A stretch of 64,000 bases of DNA, from contig CALRDB010000002.1 in the NCBI GenBank assembly GCA_943354745.1, forward strand, positions 3,679 to 67,678, in the 5' to 3' direction. Below are positions 37,080 to 47,430 of this stretch, in pieces. The notes beneath the pieces are model-generated. The model saw only the letters and a program-made list of their open reading frames with translations, did not search any database and was not told the origin of the DNA. This DNA comes from Candidatus Nomurabacteria bacterium. Lineage in GTDB: Bacteria; Patescibacteriota; Minisyncoccia; Phycocordibacterales; UBA10002. The position numbers and the translations under genes were made by a program. The stretch's first letter is position 1. Each line of letters starts with the position of its first letter.

Positions 37080-40016
37080 CTATGTACTACTTACTCTCTT
37101 GAGCTTGCACCACTCGCACTCAGCTTCATCGCAAAACTCGGTCATAATCCGGCCTGACCAGACTGAATCAATAAGCGACTGGATATCTTTCTTGAGCGTC
37201 TCAATATCAACATCGGTGATAGGAAGTGAGACGATACCGCACTTCCCTTTCTTATCGGGAATGACGAACACAAGAGATGGAACAATTTCCTTACCTTTAT
37301 ACTTCGGATCTCCGTGGAGAAGGTATTTGTAAAATGTGAGCTGTCTAAAATAACTACCATCGGAGGACTTAGTCTCTCCTTTAATCGCAGCAACCGTCAT
37401 TACCTCCTTAGTCTTATAGTCAAAGACGCGCACCGTATCTTCTATAACAAGAACCGCGTCGAGCTTGCCGTGAACGGGAATGGTCACAGCGTTCCCTTCA
37501 TACGTCCCCGAAAACTGTCCTTCACTCCAGCTTTCGGTGACCGCCTTCACTACTCCGAAATGGTTCTGCAGCTCGCGCGCGATTACGTTCGCCTCTTCAA
37601 ACAATTCCTTCTTCACCGCTTCTTTTTCGAAAATGGGAAGTAGTGAACGGCTAAGGTACGAAGAAACAGAATCTTTAAAAACATGTTCAATGTGTTCGAC
37701 GCTTCGGTCGGTATCCGCCCAGATATACGCAAACGCTTCGTGTACTGCAGTTCCTTTCTCCGCACTCGCTGCAGGAGCCTGAGGAATCTTGAGAATACTT
37801 TGATACACGAAAGAGCTTGGACACGTAAGAAAGTGGTTCAATGCGGTCACCGACAGTCCTTTTTCTAGCAAAATTGTTTTCGCAAGATCAACTATTTTTT
37901 CTCCTTTTCTATTTCGTACGTTCGTCTCTTGTTCGTAGTTCGTAGCAAGGGAAGGTGTCTCTACGATCGGCATGGGGGCAGAAATACGCTGTACACATTT
38001 TGGATCAAGCTCATCGATAAACCGTAATGGGGTTTCCACTTTCCCACCCGCTATTTCCTCTGGAACAAGGAGTACCGCATGTTTCTTTGCGCGAGTCAAG
38101 GCGACATAGAAGAGCCTCCGTGCGTCACGGGTTGCGTCTTCGTCATCTTTCGCTTTCTCTGGGAGTACGAAATACACGCCTCGTGCTCGGCCCATCCACG
38201 AACTTTCGGTCACAAAGGGGATAAAGACGTACTCAAACTCAAGTCCTTTGCTTCCATGAGCCGTCATTGCCCTCACCTGTAGCTCAGGAGAACCAACACT
38301 CACCTTCACGCTCCTCTCTTCCGCTGAGGCCTTATACGAGCGAAGCTTCCGAAGAAGTTCTTGGGTGTCCTGAATATCACCCTCTCGTATAAGATATTCA
38401 GCAAGTTCTGTAATACCGCGCCACACTTCCATAGCGGAAGGATCCCTGATGGCGAGTTTTACGAATCCCGATATTTCAGCTGCGAACATGATATAGGCAA
38501 GAGCTCCATCGCTCGACAGTTTATTTTGAAGATGACGAAGTGCGGGAATCTTTTCCACAACTCCTTGCCTACCGCTCCGCAATGCTCGAATACACTCTAC
38601 ACCTCCCTCAAACGGAAGATCCCAGAGTCCCACAGCGATAGTCTTCGCAAGCGCCTCAACGTTTGTCGTGTCCGATAGATATTCGATAAGGGTGAAAAAA
38701 AGATTTCCGATGGGGTGATTAAAGATGTTTACTTTCCGCTCAGAAGAAACAGGAACGTGCTTTGACTCTAAAAAACGAATCACTCGTTCAAGGTCGCGAT
38801 TTGTCTTGGTAATGATCGCCACCGTACTCCCGCTCTCTTGTGCAAGAATCTTCTGAATCTCTTGTGCAAGATATTCGAGCGTGGCGGATTCCTTCCCTCC
38901 AACAAGATCAATAGGCCGGACGGCTTCACTCCCCGACGCAGACAGCCGTATACGGAGATGTGTATTTTCTCCGTCTTCATAGTTATGTTCGATCATGGAA
39001 AATGCCCCATCGAGTAGATGTTGGTGTGATCGATAATTTTTCTCGAGTGCAATAATCTTCATATCCTTCCATGCATTTTTGAATGTACGGAAGTTTTCAA
39101 CCGATGCCCCCTGAAAGCGGTAGATCGCCTGTTTTTCATCTCCAACAACGAAGAGGTTTGGTGATGTAAAGAAATCAGCCAAAAGACGAATGAGCAGGTT
39201 CTGCGAATCGTTGGTGTCTTGATGTTCATCTACAAGCAGATAGAGAAACTTTTCCTGCAAAAGACGAAGGAGAAGCGTGTCTTTTTGAAGCGTGGTTAAT
39301 AGTTCTATAATGAGGTCGTCAAAGTCGATACGCCGTTCTTCCCTCTTTCGTTGTTCATATCCCGCATACACATCAGCAAACAACACTGTCCGTTCACACT
39401 TCTCGATCTGTTTTTCCGCATCTGCTTTTAGTTTCCCTTTCGTAGCGCCACGGGTTGACATAGATTCCGGATCAGCCTTGATGTGCTTGATCTGTTCTTT
39501 CGCAAACACGCGAATCATATCGGGTGAAAGTGCTTCGCGTTTGGCGTCGCTTATCGCACCAAGTATTTTCTGCACGTAAAAATCAGGATTACCAAAAGGA
39601 CGAAGTGATGAAAACGATTCATCCTTTAAAATTGAACGAATAAGACTTTCAGCATCGATATCGGTCATCTGTGTCGTTCTGTCCAATTGCGTGAAATGGT
39701 CTTTGTGCTCCGCGATAACAGACGCCGCAAATCCATGGAAAGTATGTAAATGCACTTCATCAGCACGCGACCCCATGAGTGCGCGAAGTTTCTGGCGCAT
39801 CGCCTTCACTCCCGCTTCGGTAAAGGTGATAGCCAAAATGCCCGATGGGGGCGTATCGGTCTTACGGAGAATCTGCGCGATACGAAGCGTCAGTACTGTC
39901 GTCTTCCCTGTCCCCGGCCCCGCTATGACCATGACAGGGCCGTCGATAGTATCGACAGCCTCCCTTTGTTTCGAGTTCAACTGCTTGTACTGAGCATTAA
40001 ATACATCTTCGGACAT
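37080..40016 (-). CDS. UvrD/PcrA-like helicase fused to a PD-(D/E)xK nuclease
   Basis: AGPGTGKT, DEHQD, GDEKQAIYRFQG, HGSKGLEF and YVALTRAK; C-terminal GKLD...DYKT with Cys cluster. Confidence 0.93.
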   Translation of the reverse strand: MSEDVFNAQYKQLNSKQREAVDTIDGPVMVIAGPGTGKTTVLTLRIAQILRKTDTPPSGILAITFTEAGVKAMRQKLRALMGSRADEVHLHTFHGFAASVIAEHKDHFTQLDRTTQMTDIDAESLIRSILKDESFSSLRPFGNPDFYVQKILGAISDAKREALSPDMIRVFAKEQIKHIKADPESMSTRGATKGKLKADAEKQIEKCERTVLFADVYAGYEQRKREERRIDFDDLIIELLTTLQKDTLLLRLLQEKFLYLLVDEHQDTNDSQNLLIRLLADFFTSPNLFVVGDEKQAIYRFQGASVENFRTFKNAWKDMKIIALEKNYRSHQHLLDGAFSMIEHNYEDGENTHLRIRLSASGSEAVRPIDLVGGKESATLEYLAQEIQKILAQESGSTVAIITKTNRDLERVIRFLESKHVPVSSERKVNIFNHPIGNLFFTLIEYLSDTTNVEALAKTIAVGLWDLPFEGGVECIRALRSGRQGVVEKIPALRHLQNKLSSDGALAYIMFAAEISGFVKLAIRDPSAMEVWRGITELAEYLIREGDIQDTQELLRKLRSYKASAEERSVKVSVGSPELQVRAMTAHGSKGLEFEYVFIPFVTESSWMGRARGVYFVLPEKAKDDEDATRDARRLFYVALTRAKKHAVLLVPEEIAGGKVETPLRFIDELDPKCVQRISAPMPIVETPSLATNYEQETNVRNRKGEKIVDLAKTILLEKGLSVTALNHFLTCPSSFVYQSILKIPQAPAASAEKGTAVHEAFAYIWADTDRSVEHIEHVFKDSVSSYLSRSLLPIFEKEAVKKELFEEANVIARELQNHFGVVKAVTESWSEGQFSGTYEGNAVTIPVHGKLDAVLVIEDTVRVFDYKTKEVMTVAAIKGETKSSDGSYFRQLTFYKYLLHGDPKYKGKEIVPSLVFVIPDKKGKCGIVSLPITDVDIETLKKDIQSLIDSVWSGRIMTEFCDEAECEWCKLKRVSST

Positions 40017-40115
40017 GCACGTAGTATAGCAAATGCGAAAAAACCGGCTCTTCACCGGTTTTTTCTTATTCCGTGTCAGTTCCGCGTTGGCTTCGTTCTG
40101 TCTCGTTCCGTGATT

Positions 40116-41315
40116 TTAATAGCCCTGCAACTTTTTCGACTTCTTATGCTGGCGGATTTTTTCGTGAGCTTTCGCTTCGATTTGGCGGATACGTTCGCGA
40201 GTCACGCCGAATTTTTGTCCCACTTCTTCGAGTGTGTGCGTGACACCGTCGAGGAGGCCATGCCGAAGCTCTAGAATCTTTCGCTCTTTTTCTGAAAGGT
40301 CGCCGAGAATTTCCTTCACTTGGTCTCCGAGGATACGGCGGGACGATTCCTGGTCGGGAGAAAGTATCTTGTCATCATGTAAAAAGTCTCCGAGTGTTGA
40401 CTTGCCGTCGTCGCCCTCATCGCCGACTGGCGATTCCAGCGAAACGGTATCTTGGTCAATTTTTTCAATCTGGTACACCTTGTCCGTCTCAATACCCATC
40501 TCGATACCGATTTCTTCCGGAAGCGGGTCGCGGCCGAGATCTTGTGAAAGTCGTCTCACGACTTGCTTGTACTTAGCGATAGTCTCCACCATATGGACCG
40601 GCACGCGAATAGTGCGGGATTGATCGGCGAGTGCGCGAGTAATCGCTTGGCGGATCCACCACGTAGCATACGTTGAAAATTTATACCCCTTGGTCCAGTC
40701 GAATTTGTCGACAGCCTTAAAGAGACCTAAGTTCCCTTCTTGAATGAGATCGAGGAGTGTGAGGTCAGGCGAGCGTCCCACGTATTTTTTAGCAATCGAA
40801 ACAACCAAACGGAGGTTCGCTCGAGCAAGAAGATTTTTGGCTTCCATGTCTCCCGCCTGAATGCGCTTCGCGAGCTCTTTTTCGTCTTTGGCGTTGATGA
40901 GGGGGTATTGTCCGATTTCCTTGAGGTACATCTGAATCGAATCATAGGATCCTTCACTACTCTTGCCGAGGTAGACATTTTTCTTTCCATGCGGTTCCGC
41001 GACTTCTTTCTCAAGCATTCCACCACCTTCGAGTACGTCAATACCCGCTGTTTGGAATTTGGAGTAAAGTTCATCGAGGAACATGATGTCCTCTTCGATG
41101 GTAGGAAATTCTTTCAAAATGTCGTTATAGGTGATGAACCCGCGATTCTTACCCTTTGCGACAAGACGATCAGCACGTATATCACGCTCCTTACCTTTAG
41201 CCATTTTCTCGACAGGTTTTGATGCAACCTTACTCTTTATAGGCTTCTTTTTTGGAGCAACCTTTGCTTTAATGGCTTTTTTCTTCTTTTTGAGGTCTTT
41301 TTTCGCTTTTGACAT
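40116..41315 (-). CDS. rpoD: Primary sigma factor RpoD/SigA
   Basis: Region 1.1, [32 protein letters not shown] and TRERIRQIE; start MSKAKK at 41315. Confidence 0.97.
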   Translation of the reverse strand: MSKAKKDLKKKKKAIKAKVAPKKKPIKSKVASKPVEKMAKGKERDIRADRLVAKGKNRGFITYNDILKEFPTIEEDIMFLDELYSKFQTAGIDVLEGGGMLEKEVAEPHGKKNVYLGKSSEGSYDSIQMYLKEIGQYPLINAKDEKELAKRIQAGDMEAKNLLARANLRLVVSIAKKYVGRSPDLTLLDLIQEGNLGLFKAVDKFDWTKGYKFSTYATWWIRQAITRALADQSRTIRVPVHMVETIAKYKQVVRRLSQDLGRDPLPEEIGIEMGIETDKVYQIEKIDQDTVSLESPVGDEGDDGKSTLGDFLHDDKILSPDQESSRRILGDQVKEILGDLSEKERKILELRHGLLDGVTHTLEEVGQKFGVTRERIRQIEAKAHEKIRQHKKSKKLQGY

Positions 41316-41416
41316 AGTGGCGATAGTATATCTTAAATAGCGGTAACTGCAACCGTCCGAACATACGAAGAAAAGAGTGGGTTCCAAAGAACCTGGGGCT
41401 GCTTAAAAAATGTAAG

Positions 41417-41449
41417 AAAAAAGCGACTTGAGATGCTACCCAAGTCGCT
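41417..41449 (-). terminator. Intrinsic terminator closing array E
   Basis: Minus strand AGCGACTTG...CAAGTCGCTTTTTT. Confidence 0.7.
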
Positions 41450-41990
41450 CGACACAATGCGGTACACTACTCGACCCGACCCAACTCCGCAAAACCATGA
41501 GTGACTAAACCGCAATCGCCAAACGCTCGCGAACGAGCGTTTGGCCCCAAGCAAAGGACGTGATACCGCACCGGACACCACTCAACACGACCGCGGATTG
41601 ACATAATTGCCATGCCTCCGTAAACGAAAGCACGGCCCCGTACCGTAGAACTCAGTGCAGAACAACTGGACACGAAGCCCGAGCCCACCATGCTGTGCCA
41701 TACCTAAATGTGTCAGCCGATTCGAAAATCGACTGACACCCGAACGCTACAAATGAACAGAGGACAAAACAAGACCCTGCAAAACAATACGGCAATCGCA
41801 CTCCAACCGAAGTCGGAGTGCTCCAAGCTGTAACGCTCCGGACCCTGCAACACTTGACGATACCGGACATGACCGCAGAATACACCACCGAAATAAACGG
41901 GAGGTGAAATCCACCTCCCGTTCCCAGACAGGACACAAACGTACAATGCATAACCCTACTGAACCTTACCGAACTGGACCGAAATATTCC
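41450..41990 (-). ncRNA. Array E: about 6 pentamer-tract plus hairpin units (putative guide RNA array)
   Basis: 5-nt phased AC/ACC on the + strand (e.g. acagg acaca aacgt acaat gcata accct actga acctt accga actgg accga); hairpins at ~41518, 41710, 41798 and 41896. Confidence 0.8.
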
Positions 41991-42017
41991 GCACCTGCTT
42001 CCAAGTTTGGACCCGGA

Positions 42018-42659
42018 CTATTCACCTGCATATCCTTTCGGTTGCTCCGTCCACTGCCAGCTCACTGCCTCGAACTTCCCGTACGCGCCCCGTTGCTCGG
42101 CCGAGAAGAGACCTATCCCGATATCGCGCCCCGCACTGCCGACGAGCCTCTGGATAATCTTCTCATTAAGCGGCGCCGAGAATGAGATGAGCGCCTCACA
42201 TGACCAGTCGTCAAACTGGGGGCAACGAACGATGCCCATCTCGCGTGAGTTCGGCCTCGCGTGACGATTGCGGGAGTACACACTCCAACCGGAAGTGCTC
42301 GAGAGTATGAGATATCCTCCGATGATGCAGTATTGACTCACCTGATCCACGAAGTGGCCACTATGCCTATCCTGATACGGCCATGCCGCCATGCGAACCG
42401 CGTGCTTCAGCCACCTGCCTGGCACCGCGATACACCCACTGCGAGTGTCGCGGACAAGCAAGTCAGCTAAAGGTTGCTTTGAGATCTTGATGATCTGTTC
42501 ACGCCTGGTATGGTCCGTTATCGGATGCATAAGAAGCGGTGTGACTCCCCGTAGGTGAACGAGGAGGTATTTCTTTGATATCGGTGCCGGTAGCTTCATA
42601 ACGGAGCTCCGAACCGCGTTGGGAACTGGCATTTCTGCCATAACTGTTTTTGTGTTCAT
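42018..42659 (-). CDS. RAMP/Cas7-like protein 2 (divergent)
   Basis: V.LRGVTPLLMH, IAVPG.WLK..V..AA, R.PQFDDWS.E..I.F and C-terminal Gly loop AG..IGIG.F....RGAYGKF. Confidence 0.75.
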   Translation of the reverse strand: MNTKTVMAEMPVPNAVRSSVMKLPAPISKKYLLVHLRGVTPLLMHPITDHTRREQIIKISKQPLADLLVRDTRSGCIAVPGRWLKHAVRMAAWPYQDRHSGHFVDQVSQYCIIGGYLILSSTSGWSVYSRNRHARPNSREMGIVRCPQFDDWSCEALISFSAPLNEKIIQRLVGSAGRDIGIGLFSAEQRGAYGKFEAVSWQWTEQPKGYAGE

Positions 42660-42689
42660 AAATCAATGATCTGTCCAAAACCAACATGC

Positions 42690-42718
42690 AGAATAACACG
42701 TTTATATAAATACGTCAA
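42690..42718 (-). promoter_or_regulatory. Sigma70 promoter of RAMP-like gene 2
   Basis: TTGACG-17 bp-TATTCT with TGn extension. Confidence 0.75.
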
Positions 42719-42727
42719 CTTTCGTAT

Positions 42728-42758
42728 AAAAAGGCGCCATCCGAAGCCGGACAGCGCC
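42728..42758 (-). terminator. Terminator closing array D
   Basis: GGCGC...GCGCC hairpin followed by TTTTT on the minus strand. Confidence 0.6.
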
Positions 42759-42759
42759 A

Positions 42760-43620
42760 TATGATCCAAACACCGGCGAGCATTGCAACGCGATACTATT
42801 CAGAACGCTAACTAACACAAGAGCAATTTCCCGCTCCGATGTAGCATCGGAGCGGGACCCGCAACAGAAGTAACCGCACTCCGGAATACCTTGCGATACA
42901 GAGCCTAGCCCCGCCGGACCGAAATTGCCACCCGTCTTCGAAAAAACGGGTGGCCACGGACCGTACCCGGTTCTACCCGACAGGACATTAGAGTACACAA
43001 CAAGAACCAACACCACCAGAATTTCCTGCCAGCCGTAACCGGCTGACAGGACCCGGACGCTACTCGAGAGTTCAGGACAGGACCTGACTGGACAGAAACG
43101 CGCGTAACCGTAATTCCAGGCCTCTGCGTGCAGAGACCTGGTCCGTGCAAAACAGCGGAATGCACTGGCGGACAGAACAGTATCGAACCGAACCGTACTA
43201 TAGGCTAACAGGAACTTAATTCCCCAAACTCCCTCATCGAGAGTTTGGGTCCGAGCTTCACGGGACATTGCGACACGATGCGACTGCTAGACGCATCTTT
43301 CCAGAAATTCCTATCCTCCCGAGAGAGGTAGGATCCGAACAAAAAAATCTTCTGACGCACAAGACCAGACCTGACTGTAACTGAGACGGCACAAACGCAA
43401 CTGTCGAGTCCTTGTAGTAAGGACTCGACCCTGACCATGCACAACTCCACAACGCCAGACCGAACGGGACAGGGACTAAGCATACTTTTGCGCAATTTCC
43501 TGTCCGTTCTAACGAATGAACAGGACCCACACTCAACCTCACCCAACAGAACATTTGAGAGCGACGACGCAGAATACCTTACCATAGTGAACAGTTACGC
43601 CGAAGCGTACCTGCTGTTTT
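42760..43620 (-). ncRNA. Array D: about 9 pentamer-tract plus hairpin units
   Basis: Hairpins at ~42829, 42927, 43024, 43116, 43221, 43311, 43403 and 43498, mostly preceded on the + strand by aatt/aact, with phased AC tracts between them. Confidence 0.82.
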
Positions 43621-43642
43621 TCAATGCTCAAATGCTAACTGC

Positions 43643-43671
43643 AAAGTAACACGAAAATCTATTTTAGGCAA
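43643..43671 (-). promoter_or_regulatory. Sigma70 promoter of array D
   Basis: TTGCCT-17 bp-TACTTT with TGn extension. Confidence 0.75.
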
Positions 43672-43672
43672 G

Positions 43673-43702
43673 AAAAAGGCGTCCCGAACGAATCGAGACG
43701 CC
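43673..43702 (-). terminator. Terminator closing array C
   Basis: GGCGTCTCGA...CGGGACGCC followed by TTTTT. Confidence 0.7.
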
Positions 43703-45265
43703 AGCCATAAAGAAGACAAGCCCTGGGCACGGTGCGGAACAATACCTCACCGAGCATAACCTTAATTTGAGTGCTCCGACACATCGAAGCACTCACCCTA
43801 CCGCGGACTTGCATACGAGAAGAAACCCAACCTTGCTAGTGAGTACCGAACCCAAAAGAACCACTGTGTGCGACACCGTATCTACCGATGCCTGGCAAGG
43901 CAGGCATCGGTCCTACACCCTACCGCTCTCTACCCCATGGTACCTAACACCACTGAACACTACATCATCGAAACGAAGTCTGAACGCCGATTGAGAATCG
44001 GCGTTCACCCGTACCGAACCATACCTTGCAACAATCCACAGAACTGAAACGCGCAGCAGATGACAGGACCGAAATTTGTCGTCCCGATTTGTTCATCGGG
44101 ACGACATCCGTACTCTGCGACACCGGTCATTACCTGACAGGTGCACACGCTACGTTACAGGACCATAATGTGCTATCTCGATGAAGCATCGAGATAGCAT
44201 CCGCACCACTATTGGCCGGACAATAAGATACTCTGCAACACCCGAGAATTGAGATCCATAATTTCACCGTCCCAATAGTACATCGGGACGGTGACCCAAC
44301 AAAACCATACCTGACAGGACACCGCGATACTGCAGAACACAGGAGAGGACACTGACTTACCGTAACTTCCCAGACCCTCGCAAGCGAAGGTCTGGGACCC
44401 AACCATACCGGATAACGCCGGACAACGCGCCACTCTACTACACCTGAACGCAATCGCCCATCCCGATCTTAATCGGAATGGGCTCCGAGAAAAACCGTAC
44501 CGTAGAATACACTGCCTTAACACACGAAACGGTGACATACGGAACCGCATTATTCTGCTTCAACCGAAGTCAAAGCAGAACCCACACCGGACATGAATTC
44601 ACCGTACAACACCCTACCCCACTTAAGATGACAAGAGAGCGATAGGTCGCCCTGACCGAAACCAGAGCAACCCCCTACAGAACAGCGCATCGCCACAGGA
44701 TTGCACGCGCTACATAACCAAGCCGGAGCGCAAAGGCTGTCCCGATCGAAATCGGGACGGTCCCGAAGCAAACGGCACGTTTGCGCACACTTGATTACAG
44801 AACTTGAATGCAACATGCTGAACTGAGGCACTGCGTATATACCGCTCCGACCGAAGTCGAAGCGGCTTCGCACGCTACGCTACCGTGCGGGACACAAACA
44901 GACGTTACACCACTCTACGTAACCGCGATACATCACGCGCTCACTGAGCGCGTGATGCCCCCCGCCGCACCAAGCGACACTAAACCCCGACGGACAGAGG
45001 CTATCCTGAACGTGCCACAACTGTCATGCACCGTGAGATGCATGACATCAGCGACAAGCATTACCAGGCCTGACAGAGACACGCCTTGCAGTACGTTTCC
45101 TAGCCTGACCTAATCCTGCGAAACCAGAATTTACCACCCCGACCAGAGTCGGGGTGGTACCCGAGGAAAGCATTAGCTGACCTGACATAAAGACGGAAAG
45201 CCCCACCTATGCTTACTGGGCCGAACGCTACCAAATTTAACTCATTTTCAGTTGACAATGAGCTA
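43703..45265 (-). ncRNA. Array C: about 16 pentamer-tract plus hairpin units
   Basis: Hairpins at ~43768, 43884, 43981, 44077, 44171, 44264, 44368, 44457, 44553, 44739, 44841, 44931, 45023 and 45132 (mostly 90-115 nt apart), with phased AC tracts between them. Confidence 0.85.
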
Positions 45266-45277
45266 CTAACGAATTTC

Positions 45278-45306
45278 AAAGTAACACGAAAATAGAGATA
45301 ACGCAA
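45278..45306 (-). promoter_or_regulatory. Sigma70 promoter of array C
   Basis: TTGCGT-17 bp-TACTTT with TGn extension. Confidence 0.75.
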
Positions 45307-45324
45307 GATTCGCAATCCTGCAAG

Positions 45325-45356
45325 AAAAAAGGCGTTTTGAGAAAACTCAAGACGCC
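45325..45356 (-). terminator. Terminator after the helicase gene
   Basis: GGCGTCTTGAG-TTTT-CTCAAAACGCC followed by TTTTTT. Confidence 0.75.
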
Positions 45357-45378
45357 GTCGATTGACCTGCAATGGAGA

Positions 45379-47214
45379 TTACTTTCCAAACATCCGCTTC
45401 ACCTCCGCTACCGCCTCGGCGAAGCTTTTGCCACCGTCGTAGTATTGGCGAAGCCCTTCAGAGAGCCGTGGCCAAACGATCTTCCGAAACTGCTGTGAGA
45501 TAAATATGATAGCCCCTTTATCCTTCGGACTCCGAATGTTCCGCCCCATGTGCTGAAGTGACTTGATCCCCACGCGCCATTGTTCAAGTTTGAAATGAGT
45601 GCTTTCACCCCACTTCCTCACCTCGAACACACTTGCTGGATCATCCGGCCTGCTGTATCCAGGACGAAGATCGAAGATGACCGGCGCGAGGCCGTCAGGA
45701 AGATCGAGCCCTTGCCCGAAGTTCGTTTCCGTACCGACCAGAGTCATACCGAGACCATCTTTGAACTCCTGCGCGGCAGTCCGAGCCATTCGTTCACCGC
45801 CATAGCTCACAGTGTCGAGACCCAGATTCGTCGAGTGAACCAAGAATTGATCACGCTCATCGTTTGAGACGACAATGACCAGACTCCGAATCCCCATGTC
45901 CGCCCACTCCTTGCACGCCTTGACCATGCTCTTGAGCGCTTTCTTCAGATCATCGGGCTTCCGGTTCTTCGTTGAGAGGTCCGGCGTATCGGACGGCATG
46001 AAGATCTTGGCGTTCTGTGGAGGAAAGCTTGACGGAAGCGAGAGAAACTCTCCTTCTTCCATTCCGGTTTCCCAACCGAACGTGTCTTTATCCCCGACAG
46101 TAGCCGAGAAGGCCGCGTACTCTTCGCCCAGTATTGAGCGGATGATAGGCGCCACTGTGTGTGCCTTAATCACCAGCTTATGCTGAACGCGCTTACCCTC
46201 CGCGAGTTCCTGCTGATGAAAGGCGTAGCTGTAGTTCATCCTTTTCCGTTTCAACGTGTCGAGCGAATACTCGAACGAGTGAATGTACCGGCGGATATCC
46301 CGCACCAGCACCTCCACTTGGCGAAGTGTTAGGGCCTCTTCCACTTCATCGACGGCCCCTTCACCTATTGCTTTGATGAGCTTATCTCCCAGCCTCGCCG
46401 GATTAATCGCTTCAAGCAGACCCATGAGCTCGAGGATTTCTCCATCCTCAATGATGGTCGGCTTCCACGCAGCCTTCTTCTTAACGATGTCAATCATGCG
46501 TTTCTGAAACTTCGCGAGAAGATCCGTCTCATCGACCTCAAGTCTCTCGAGTAGTTTGACGGCTCGACCGAGGTGATAGTCACTAATCTCGTAAGAGAGC
46601 GTGCGACGAACCACGTCGCCCATTAGGTGCGCTTCGTCAATGACGAGCACCTTCGGCTTCTCCCACCGCTTCGTGAAAAGCTGAGAGAAGAGATAATACG
46701 CAAAGGTGCAGAGCACGATTGGCGCGTTCATAGCCTTGTGGGTGAAGTGATAGTACTGACAGCGCTCCGCGTCCTTCTCGTGCGTCTCCCCCGTTTTGAG
46801 GTTGACGCGATGCGGACAGTTCCGCAGGAAAGAGCAGGCGATTTCATCCGCGCGATATTGAACATCTTCCGGCTTGGTCTCAAGCGAGAATCGTTCATCC
46901 GCGTTGTCCTCGTAGTAGTAGCACGGGAAATCATGTTTACCCACCACGATGGCGAGGTCGAGATATTCCCGATAAATCTGCTGGAGGATGGTCTTGTTCG
47001 GCGTGATGAGAAACAGCGGTTTCTTGCCCGCGTTTGCCGCGGCCTTCAGAATGGCATACTCGACGGCAGTCTTGCCGTGGCCGGTCGGCATCTCAATGAT
47101 GGACTTCGGATGCTGTGCCCAGAATTCGAGAACCTGCCGCTGTTGCGGGCGCATAACGCTGTGCTTCTCTGACGGAAATGCCGAACAGAGTTCGGCAAAG
47201 GTTTGTCTGCTCAT
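45379..47214 (-). CDS. DinG/XPD-family SF2 helicase with Fe-S cluster cysteines
   Basis: Q motif MRPQQ, EMPTGHGKT, four Cys (PCYY/IACSF/NCPH/RCQY), DEAH, SATVG, GQGLDLP and QHMGRNIR; alternative start at 47256. Confidence 0.9.
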   Translation of the reverse strand: MSRQTFAELCSAFPSEKHSVMRPQQRQVLEFWAQHPKSIIEMPTGHGKTAVEYAILKAAANAGKKPLFLITPNKTILQQIYREYLDLAIVVGKHDFPCYYYEDNADERFSLETKPEDVQYRADEIACSFLRNCPHRVNLKTGETHEKDAERCQYYHFTHKAMNAPIVLCTFAYYLFSQLFTKRWEKPKVLVIDEAHLMGDVVRRTLSYEISDYHLGRAVKLLERLEVDETDLLAKFQKRMIDIVKKKAAWKPTIIEDGEILELMGLLEAINPARLGDKLIKAIGEGAVDEVEEALTLRQVEVLVRDIRRYIHSFEYSLDTLKRKRMNYSYAFHQQELAEGKRVQHKLVIKAHTVAPIIRSILGEEYAAFSATVGDKDTFGWETGMEEGEFLSLPSSFPPQNAKIFMPSDTPDLSTKNRKPDDLKKALKSMVKACKEWADMGIRSLVIVVSNDERDQFLVHSTNLGLDTVSYGGERMARTAAQEFKDGLGMTLVGTETNFGQGLDLPDGLAPVIFDLRPGYSRPDDPASVFEVRKWGESTHFKLEQWRVGIKSLQHMGRNIRSPKDKGAIIFISQQFRKIVWPRLSEGLRQYYDGGKSFAEAVAEVKRMFGK

Positions 47215-47311
47215 AATCAGTCTTCGGATGTTTGATGTTTGGTGTTCCCTTGTCAAAATCCACTCCCGAAGGAGTGAACTGGAGTCTTAGCCCCGTGCTA
47301 ATCCTCGACGC

Positions 47312-47340
47312 ACACTAACAGGATTTCTCGTCTACGTCAA
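47312..47340 (-). promoter_or_regulatory. Sigma70 promoter of the helicase gene
   Basis: TTGACG-17 bp-TAGTGT with TGn extension. Confidence 0.7.
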
Positions 47341-47401
47341 GGTTTGGTTACGGGTCTGTCATTCCCTTGGAAAAGGGAATTCAGTGCTGTAGTCCAAATA
47401 T

Positions 47402-47430
47402 AAAAAGCGCCTCGACGAATCGAGACGCTT
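47402..47430 (-). terminator. Terminator closing array B
   Basis: AAGCGTCTCGA...CGAGGCGC followed by TTTTT. Confidence 0.7.

Noticed and set aside
37080-40016. UvrD-nuclease fusion as a component of the RAMP system
   Set aside because: It is separated from the island by rpoD and resembles common DNA repair helicase-nuclease fusions. Nothing in the sequence links it to the island.
43703-45265. Integron attC cassette array or tRNA cluster
   Set aside because: No consistent RYYYAAC/GTTRRRY ends, cassette ORFs, cloverleaf folds or T-loop motifs.
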